DNA of 64,000 nucleotides from assembly GCA_947448135.1 (NCBI GenBank), contig CANFLZ010000002.1, positions 22,410-86,409 on the forward strand. Direction: 5' to 3'. Each line of letters begins with the position of its first letter. Positions within the stretch are counted from its first letter, which is position 1. Both the position numbers and the translations under genes were made by a program. This document shows positions 57,457-64,000 of this stretch, piece by piece. This DNA comes from Flavobacteriales bacterium (GTDB lineage: Bacteria > Bacteroidota > Bacteroidia > Flavobacteriales_D > Sanyastnellaceae). Under the pieces are notes generated by a model, which was not told where the DNA came from, searched no databases, and saw only the letters and a list, made by a program, of their open reading frames with translations.

Positions 57457-58248
57457 ATGAATTGGACAAAAAAAAATGTTTGGATTATTGGTGCCAGTTC
57501 GGGCATTGGACAAGCAATAGCGCATGAGCTCAATTCTCTTGGAGCCTATGTAGTTTTAAGCGCTCGAAATAGTACCAAACTACAACAAGTTCAATCGCAA
57601 TTGCTCCATCCCAACGCCTCGCAAATCATTGCTTTGGATCTCATCAATTCCGAAAGTTTGCTCGCAGGAATTTCTCAATTCAAACAATTATCGATTCCCA
57701 TAGACGTCCTTATTCACTGTGGTGGCATTAGCCAAAGATCTACTGCGATGGAAACGGACATTGGCGTATGTCGTCAGATTTTTGAAAGCAACTTTTTTGG
57801 GCAAATACCCATCACCCAGTTTGCTGTGGAAACCATGCGCCATCAAGGATTTGGAAAGATTGTAGTGATTTCCAGCTTCGCGGGAAAATGGGGGTTTTAT
57901 TTGCGGTCCAGCTATGCCGCTTCCAAGCATGCGCTTCACGGATACTATGAAAGTTTAAGGATGGAAGAAGAGAAATATGGCATTAAAATACAAATTGTTA
58001 CCCCAGGTTTTGTTGCTACAGATATATCCAAAAACGCCATCGATGGGATAGGGAAAGCCACTGGAGAAATGGACGACAATCAAGCCAAAGGAATTGATCC
58101 AAAAACCTGTGCTCATCAGATCCTAAAAGGGATTGAGAGTGATCGATATGAGTTTGGAGTAGGAGGCAAAGAAATGTTGGGATTGTGGATTCATCGCCAT
58201 TTTCCCAACTGGTTTCAACGCATTCTTCGCAAGCAAAGTGCTCGTTAA
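57457..58248 (+). CDS. SDR-family oxidoreductase
   Basis: 263 aa with GASSGIG and YAASK. Confidence 0.85.
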   Translation: MNWTKKNVWIIGASSGIGQAIAHELNSLGAYVVLSARNSTKLQQVQSQLLHPNASQIIALDLINSESLLAGISQFKQLSIPIDVLIHCGGISQRSTAMETDIGVCRQIFESNFFGQIPITQFAVETMRHQGFGKIVVISSFAGKWGFYLRSSYAASKHALHGYYESLRMEEEKYGIKIQIVTPGFVATDISKNAIDGIGKATGEMDDNQAKGIDPKTCAHQILKGIESDRYEFGVGGKEMLGLWIHRHFPNWFQRILRKQSAR

Positions 58249-59313
58249 TTAATCTTTGATTCTGCTGAATCGCAGGGCCTTGAGCATAAAATCGGGCAGT
58301 GGTTTCAAAGGATCTCGCTTTTCAACATTCAAGAAAACGCCCCATTTTTCGATGATGGGTACCTTGTAAACTTCAATCATCTCGATTAAAATTCCATCAG
58401 GATCATCGATATACACACAATGCACTTTTGTATTTCCCATATTCAAGGCATCATTGCTGTCACAAGTAAAAGGAAATCCTTGATTTGTCAATTCCTTCTC
58501 CAATTCCTTCATGCCTTTAACATCCAATCCCAAATGCACAAATCCCAAATCACCCCAAATTCTACCTTTAAAAATCTTCTTGGGTTGTCTTGACATCACT
58601 TGAATCAGCTCAATATAGTTGGTGCCTGTTACCTTAGCAAATCCGCCACCTACGGGCTTTGAAGGTTTTAACATCACGCGTCTAAATGTGGCATCACCGC
58701 CAGGAATGGTTTTCCATTCTTGAAAAATACCCGTCTCATCATATACCACTTCATCAAATCCCAAAATATCCGCATACAATTTCATTGACCTTTGAATGTC
58801 ACTTACACCCAAGGTACATCCCATAACACCTCCAGAATGATGGCCATTGTTGGTATACCATCGATCATCAGAAGTAAACTGGAACCAATTGTTATCTGGA
58901 TCTTGTAAATAAAATGCAGGACGTCCATCCGGTCTTTCATGCACCATAGCTACGTTCTCAATACATTGCTTGGCGACTTGCTGAGAGTACTGCACATCGC
59001 GTGACTTGAATATCACTGAATTGATTCCGATATCCCCCCACTCAAATACATTCTGGTTGGGACGGGCTTTGAATGTAGTGGGCTGAATCATCTCAACCGC
59101 GCAACCACCTTGTAGATTCAATACCATACTCGCTCGTTTTGTAATCACATCTTGATGCGTATACACCTTCATCAGAGGGGCAGGCTGCACAGAGTCAAAA
59201 AAAGGAATATCCAATCCAAACAATTTGCGATACAAGGGTAAAAACCGATCCATATCACTCACAGCAATTCCGATGTGCTGCATTCCGTTTACACGAGCAA
59301 TTTTATTTTTCAT
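58249..59313 (-). CDS. VOC (glyoxalase/dioxygenase-fold) family protein
   Basis: 354 aa with two tandem VOC-like modules (MQHIGIAVSD..., VMGCTLGVSD...). Confidence 0.7.
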   Translation of the reverse strand: MKNKIARVNGMQHIGIAVSDMDRFLPLYRKLFGLDIPFFDSVQPAPLMKVYTHQDVITKRASMVLNLQGGCAVEMIQPTTFKARPNQNVFEWGDIGINSVIFKSRDVQYSQQVAKQCIENVAMVHERPDGRPAFYLQDPDNNWFQFTSDDRWYTNNGHHSGGVMGCTLGVSDIQRSMKLYADILGFDEVVYDETGIFQEWKTIPGGDATFRRVMLKPSKPVGGGFAKVTGTNYIELIQVMSRQPKKIFKGRIWGDLGFVHLGLDVKGMKELEKELTNQGFPFTCDSNDALNMGNTKVHCVYIDDPDGILIEMIEVYKVPIIEKWGVFLNVEKRDPLKPLPDFMLKALRFSRIKD

Positions 59314-60631
59314 GATTTTGCCTCCAGATATTTCGCAAATTTAAAATCTCTTCTGCTTTGAACGGATTGGATTTCGACCAATTCTTCCAAGTCCTGTATT
59401 TTTTCATTTTTCGATTGAGACGGCTCCAAGAAATACCAAACATACCCAACGACATCAACAGCAACAATCCCCAAACATGTGTGTACCATCCGTTGGCAAT
59501 TGTTGTTGTATTGGCAATTACAGACCAAATCAACAACAAGTAAAATGGCGTTAAAAATGTGAACGAAGCAATTCTGATTGAATTATAAAACAATTCATCT
59601 TCGATTTTCTTTTGAATAAATTTCTCGGTAATCCAATAATGTGGGAAGTACAAAAGTCTACCCAACAATCCCGGTATGGCTTCAATACACCACAATGCCT
59701 GCCATTTCCAAGAATGTGGTTGAAGAACTTCTTCCAACGCATCAGCAGTCATTTCAGCCTCTCGCAATGCTTGCCAAAAGGCAAAAAGCGCTTGTTTGTC
59801 AGATTCAGAAACATCGGGGTATCCATTGCAATAATCCCGATAATGCTGCCATTTTTGGATAGTATCTCCATCCGCTGCTGCTTCAATAGCAGGGCCCATT
59901 TCCATCAACATATCGTAGGCTTCATCATCCCTAAAATCAACCATGACGCTTGACAATTGATCTTGCGTTGCCTTGATCAAAGCATTTACAGCACGACCTG
60001 GATCTTCCAAATAAATATCCCAAAAATCTTTGATCGCAATGGGTTGACCAAATTCAAAAACCATCCTTGGGTGATAGTTGTAAAAATCACTGTAGTCCAT
60101 GCCTACAGGAACAATTTTCAAATCCATCAAATTATTGTCCTTTTCAACAGATGAAAAGGCCAACCGAGCAAATCCCTTTTTCAAAGGAGTCATCAACTGC
60201 TTTTTTCCTCTGTGCGATCCTTCGGGAAACATGGCGATTACGGCACCATTAGAAAGGCGGGTACGGCAAGTAGCAAACACCATTTCGTTTCTTTCCATTT
60301 GGTTGGCTACTTTATCCTTCTCGCGGTAAATCGGTAATATATTCAACTGATAGAGAAACTTAGCTGCCAACGGATTTTTGAAGACATCAGACCGAGCCAA
60401 CCAATGCAATTGCTTTGGAATTACGCGACAAAAAACAAAAGGATCCAACATGGCATTTTGATGATTCCCAACTAAAATAACTGGACAATCTTTTGGAAAA
60501 TTTTCTATTCCATGAACATGAAATCCATCAAAAAACAACTCCTGTCCATTGGAAACCCATGGTCGAAGGAAAGAATATAAGGTCGAACTTATCCTTGTCG
60601 GATAATTTGGGGTATTACTCGCCATCTTCAA
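59303..60631 (-). CDS. lysophospholipid (1-acyl-sn-glycerol-3-phosphate-type) acyltransferase with C-terminal membrane region
   Basis: 442 aa with the motifs NHQNAMLD (HX4D) and FPEGSHRG, plus C-terminal hydrophobic helices. Confidence 0.8.
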   Translation of the reverse strand: MKMASNTPNYPTRISSTLYSFLRPWVSNGQELFFDGFHVHGIENFPKDCPVILVGNHQNAMLDPFVFCRVIPKQLHWLARSDVFKNPLAAKFLYQLNILPIYREKDKVANQMERNEMVFATCRTRLSNGAVIAMFPEGSHRGKKQLMTPLKKGFARLAFSSVEKDNNLMDLKIVPVGMDYSDFYNYHPRMVFEFGQPIAIKDFWDIYLEDPGRAVNALIKATQDQLSSVMVDFRDDEAYDMLMEMGPAIEAAADGDTIQKWQHYRDYCNGYPDVSESDKQALFAFWQALREAEMTADALEEVLQPHSWKWQALWCIEAIPGLLGRLLYFPHYWITEKFIQKKIEDELFYNSIRIASFTFLTPFYLLLIWSVIANTTTIANGWYTHVWGLLLLMSLGMFGISWSRLNRKMKKYRTWKNWSKSNPFKAEEILNLRNIWRQNHEK

Positions 60632-62459
60632 TCAAATTAGTATCCAAAACATTTTGCATATTCAGCATTTGGCGATACGTTCCATTGGATCGATTCATCA
60701 AATCATCGTGCGTACCTCTTTCTACAATTACACCTTTTTCGAGCACAATAATTTGATCACAATCTTTGATGGTAGACAATCTATGCGCAATGACAATACT
60801 GGTTCTGCCTTTCATCAGACGATTCAAGGCCTCTTGCACTTGTTTCTCACTTTGTGTATCCAAAGCTGAAGTTGCCTCATCCAAAATCAACACTTTTGGA
60901 TTTCTAATCATAGCTCTAGCAATGGCTATGCGTTGACGTTGGCCACCAGAAAGCTGCACCCCTCGCTCTCCAACCAAGGTATTCAAACCTTCTGGAAATT
61001 GAGCAATGAATTCTTTAATATTGGCATCCTGTACAACACGGTTCAAATCCTCTTCACTGGCATCTACCTTTCCGTAAAGAATATTTTCTCTGATGGTTCC
61101 TCCAAATAAAATCACCTCTTGCGGGACAAATGCCATTTGGCTGCGCAAGACAGATTTATCCATGTCCAAAGCAGAAGCATTTCCCCACATCAAGCTACCC
61201 TTTTCTGGATCAAAAAACCGCAATATCAAAGCCGCAATAGTTGATTTTCCAGATCCGCTCTGACCGACCAATGCCATCTTTTCACCTTCTTTTATTTCGA
61301 AAGAAATACCATTCAAAACGGGCACATCAGGACGTGTAGGATAATGAAATTTCACATCATGCAATTTGAGATGGGGAACAAAAGATGACTGACTTAAATC
61401 GGTCGCTTCAAATTTTACTCCTTCATCACCAGAATCAATAAGCGCCATGATGGTTTCGATTACACCAATTCCTCTTTGCAAGCTTCCCAATTGGGCTGCC
61501 AGGCCTCCAATTGAGCCAGCTACCAATCCAGTAAGCATGATAAACTGGGGCAGTACCTCACTGGGCAGTTCTCCTTTTTGATTCAGATAAGCTCCCCAAC
61601 CAATGACGAGTCCCAAAGCACCGAACAAAAAGATGATAATGAACGTTCCAAACATCCCTCTCCAAATTGCGCCTTTCATGCCATATGCTTTGACGCGCTC
61701 CACACTGGATCTAAATTTTGCCCATTCCAACCACTCATTGGCATAAGCCTTTACATTGACAATACCCATCAAACTCTCATTGACGATATTCCCCGACTCA
61801 GCAACCTTATCTTGGGTCTCCTTTCCTAATTTTCGAATAAACTTTCCAAATACCACCATGATGACCATGATGACAGGAAGTGAGCAAAGCATGACCAAAG
61901 TAAGCTCCCCTGAAAAGGATATCAAGCAACCTACACCAAAAACGATAATTACTGTTTGTCGGATAAACTCCGCCAAGGTTATCGTCAATGTTTCTTGAAC
62001 CGTACTTACATCAGACGAAATTCTTGTTACCAAATCACCCACTTTGCTGTTGTGATAAAAGTCCATTGGTTGCGAAATCATTTTTTTAAAAGCCGCACTG
62101 CGCAATTCCAACATTGCATTTTCTGTGACATAGGCAAACAAGTAGACCCTAATGAACGAGAAAACTCCTTGTACCAAAAGCAAGACTACCAAAGCAGTTA
62201 AAACCCCTCTGGTGGAGCTGAAATCAATTGAGTGAGAAAACAATTCAATAAATTTTTGAGTCAATTCACCTCCCGGTACAGTGGCCATATTACCCGGAGT
62301 CATGAGTAACCCCAGCAACGCCGTTATGGTAATGACCAAGATTCCAGAAACTGACAACAAAACAATTCCCAAACCAAATGAAATTGAATACGGTTTGATA
62401 AAACGAAATACGGCCAGCGATTTTTTAAAGCTAGCCTTTGAGATTTTTTTCTTTTCCAC
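60615..62459 (-). CDS. ABC exporter, fused permease/ATPase (MsbA-like)
   Basis: 614 aa with a 6-TM domain, Walker A GQSGSGKST, signature LSGGQRQR, Walker B LILDEATSALD and H-loop IAHRL. Confidence 0.9.
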   Translation of the reverse strand: MEKKKISKASFKKSLAVFRFIKPYSISFGLGIVLLSVSGILVITITALLGLLMTPGNMATVPGGELTQKFIELFSHSIDFSSTRGVLTALVVLLLVQGVFSFIRVYLFAYVTENAMLELRSAAFKKMISQPMDFYHNSKVGDLVTRISSDVSTVQETLTITLAEFIRQTVIIVFGVGCLISFSGELTLVMLCSLPVIMVIMVVFGKFIRKLGKETQDKVAESGNIVNESLMGIVNVKAYANEWLEWAKFRSSVERVKAYGMKGAIWRGMFGTFIIIFLFGALGLVIGWGAYLNQKGELPSEVLPQFIMLTGLVAGSIGGLAAQLGSLQRGIGVIETIMALIDSGDEGVKFEATDLSQSSFVPHLKLHDVKFHYPTRPDVPVLNGISFEIKEGEKMALVGQSGSGKSTIAALILRFFDPEKGSLMWGNASALDMDKSVLRSQMAFVPQEVILFGGTIRENILYGKVDASEEDLNRVVQDANIKEFIAQFPEGLNTLVGERGVQLSGGQRQRIAIARAMIRNPKVLILDEATSALDTQSEKQVQEALNRLMKGRTSIVIAHRLSTIKDCDQIIVLEKGVIVERGTHDDLMNRSNGTYRQMLNMQNVLDTNLIEDGE

Positions 62460-62461
62460 TT

Positions 62462-62983
62462 TTACTCTGAATAAGCTTTCAACACAGCATCCAAACGATC
62501 TCTCATTTGAAAATAATAATTATCATCCCACAAGACTCCCTTTTCTTTCATAGAATATTTGCCTTTTCCGAAGGGTTTGGATTTTAAAAAATTAACCCCC
62601 AAATAATCATGATTCTTGTACAACACTACATCCATATTGATGGCCACCGTTTGGGCATTATCGTTTCCAAATTCAGTTATATCCATATCAATCATTTTTG
62701 TCAAATGATTGTATTCTTTAAATACAATTTGAATACTCGGGAAATAAGGAATTTTTTTAATTTTATAAACGCCAGAAGAACTGGCAGTATCAGAGGCAAT
62801 TTTCTTACCCTCTGCAAAAACTTCAATCACCGCCCGATTCAACCCTTTACCCAGCGTATCTGGATATTCTGCAGACGTAACTTTTCCGGCCAAGGCCAAT
62901 ATTTTTTTTGATACATCTTTCTGAGCTAGAGCAGAAAAACTAGCGCTTGTAAAAAGCATAATGAAGAGTATACAGCGATTCAT
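62462..62983 (-). CDS. secreted protein with CarboxypepD_reg-like N-domain, function unknown
   Basis: 173 aa with a signal peptide (..FSALAQ) and a GKVTS...AVIEVF...SGVYKIKKI beta-sandwich-like segment. It is the first gene of the ABC/acyltransferase/VOC operon. Confidence 0.55.
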   Translation of the reverse strand: MNRCILFIMLFTSASFSALAQKDVSKKILALAGKVTSAEYPDTLGKGLNRAVIEVFAEGKKIASDTASSSGVYKIKKIPYFPSIQIVFKEYNHLTKMIDMDITEFGNDNAQTVAINMDVVLYKNHDYLGVNFLKSKPFGKGKYSMKEKGVLWDDNYYFQMRDRLDAVLKAYSE

Positions 62984-62987
62984 CTCT

Positions 62988-62995
62988 CAAAGATA
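62988..62995 (-). promoter_or_regulatory. TAnnTTTG motif (TATCTTTG on minus strand) 4 nt before ATG 62983
   Basis: Read directly from the sequence. Its closeness to the start codon makes the promoter role uncertain. Confidence 0.2.
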
Positions 62996-63016
62996 ATCAA
63001 AGATTTTTACAACTAT

Positions 63017-63050
63017 TTGTATCAACATTAATTGTATCAACATATATTTG
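63017..63050 (+). promoter_or_regulatory. tandem 12-bp direct repeat TTGTATCAACAT x2 overlapping a TATATTTG -7 box; candidate MarR operator/promoter
   Basis: The repeats are at 63017..63028 and 63032..63043, perfect copies spaced 15 bp start to start. TATATTTG is at 63043..63050. Each repeat contains a TTGnnnCAA mini-palindrome. Confidence 0.4.
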
Positions 63051-63054
63051 CGCC

Positions 63055-63519
63055 GTGAGATTAGAAGATGAAATCAAACAAGCGAAATTTAAAACTGAAC
63101 ATCACAAATTGATGATCAACATTTTATATACCGCATCTTGGTTGCAACGAACGCAGTCTAACGTTCTGCGCCCTCATAGTATCTCCCCAGAGCAATACAA
63201 CATTTTGAGAATTTTGCGCGGTGCAAAAGGAAAAGCGATGAGTTTGAATGACATCAGCAGCCGTATGATTGATCGAGCGAGCAATACATCTAGGCTCATT
63301 GATAAGTTGATTGTGAAAGAATGGGTAAACAGAACTATCTGCACAAAAGACAGAAGGCAATCGGAGATTTTAATCACCCAAAAAGGGTTAGATATTCTTC
63401 AGAGCTTACAAGGACCAATTGATGAGATTTCAGAGCAATTCTTCACCATCTCAGAAAAAGAATGCCAAAAATTGAATACTGTCTTAGACGAAATGCGAAA
63501 TATTAATAACCCCATATAA
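63055..63519 (+). CDS. MarR-family transcriptional regulator
   Basis: 154 aa with the winged HTH ISPEQYNILRILRGAKGKAMSLNDISSRMIDRASNTSRLIDKLIVKEWV...DRRQSEILITQKG. The start is GTG, and the first in-frame ATG is 63112. Confidence 0.85.
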   Translation: MRLEDEIKQAKFKTEHHKLMINILYTASWLQRTQSNVLRPHSISPEQYNILRILRGAKGKAMSLNDISSRMIDRASNTSRLIDKLIVKEWVNRTICTKDRRQSEILITQKGLDILQSLQGPIDEISEQFFTISEKECQKLNTVLDEMRNINNPI

Positions 63520-63521
63520 CT

Positions 63522-64000
63522 ATGAAAAAAATCATGATGATCGCCCTAGTGGCATTGAGCAGCGCGACCTTCGCGCAAATGAAAGACGGTAAGTATATCG
63601 TTGATTACAAAACTTCAAAAGTAGATTGGAGAGGAGAAAACCTAGTCGGTGGCGGGCACGACGGAAACGTAAAAGTGTCTAGCGGAAACGTCGTTGTTAG
63701 CAAAGGCAACATCACGGGTGGTAAAGTTAAAATCAATATGAATGACATGACCTGCACAGACTTGACTGATGCTGGCACGAATTCAAAGTTGATCAACCAC
63801 TTGAAAGCTGAAGATTTCTTCAACACGCCAAAATACCCAGATGCAACTTTTGAAATTACTGGTTGTACCGCAAAGGCTGATGGACGCGGTAACACGCACG
63901 TGGTAAAAGGAAAAATGACCATCAAAGCAACAACTTTGGACATGGAATTCCCTGTTAAAGTTGAAGGAAAAGATGGTAACATGACAGTTACTGGTGATAT
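63522..64000 (+). CDS. YceI-family periplasmic protein, 3'-truncated at window edge
   Basis: This ORF is not in the track because no stop falls in the window. My own translation from ATG 63522 gives MKKIMMIALVALSSATFAQMKDGKYIVDYKTSKVDWRGENL...NHLKAEDFFNTPKYPDATFEITG...VKGKMTIKATT. It has a signal peptide and YceI hallmark segments. Confidence 0.8.
   Translation, partial: MKKIMMIALVALSSATFAQMKDGKYIVDYKTSKVDWRGENLVGGGHDGNVKVSSGNVVVSKGNITGGKVKINMNDMTCTDLTDAGTNSKLINHLKAEDFFNTPKYPDATFEITGCTAKADGRGNTHVVKGKMTIKATTLDMEFPVKVEGKDGNMTVTGD

Noticed and set aside
1-64000. I scanned for CRISPR arrays, rRNA/tRNA genes and riboswitch-sized leaders.
   Set aside because: There are no periodic repeat-spacer arrays. 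Every intergenic gap except 18744..19105 is under about 155 bp, and none shows tRNA-like or known riboswitch features that I can recognise by eye.

Overview
This is a 64-kb chromosomal window from a Bacteroidota, probably Flavobacteriia-like, genome. The evidence is T9SS components and cargo (PorV, a PorV/PorQ-like paralogue, type A and type B C-terminal sorting domains), many beta-barrel proteins and lipoproteins, and TAnnTTTG-type -7 boxes. About 55 tightly packed CDS are present. Most are housekeeping genes: ispF, cdd, hemA-hemC-hemD, ctaA, pepP, ribF, rfbD, a phosphohexomutase, cysS, a tdh-like gene, queA, a PpiD-like gene, lptC, coaX, an OmpR-type two-component pair, an MsbA-like ABC exporter, MarR and YceI. 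I saw no rRNA, tRNA, CRISPR array, transposase or integrase, and no intergenic gap is large enough for a structured RNA gene except 18744..19105. The stand-out is an AT-rich accessory island of about 5.7 kb (roughly 13.76-19.50 kb) bracketed by two hairpin terminators. It carries a translationally coupled minus-strand cassette: a polytopic membrane protein, then a Ras-like P-loop GTPase, then a bitopic coiled-coil membrane protein, then an exported retropepsin-like aspartic protease, possibly followed by a FISUMP lipoprotein. The cassette is divergent from an XRE regulator, and the 362-bp spacer holds a perfect 14-bp palindrome. From memory I cannot match this cassette to any named defence or signalling system, so it is my best candidate for an undescribed system. 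Secondary points are an ABC transmembrane domain fused to HlyD with no ATPase (next to TolC), a Pho-box-like triple direct repeat at the two-component promoter, a tandem 12-mer at the MarR promoter, and a VTC/DUF4956 pair. All family names come from motif recognition and memory. No database search was run.
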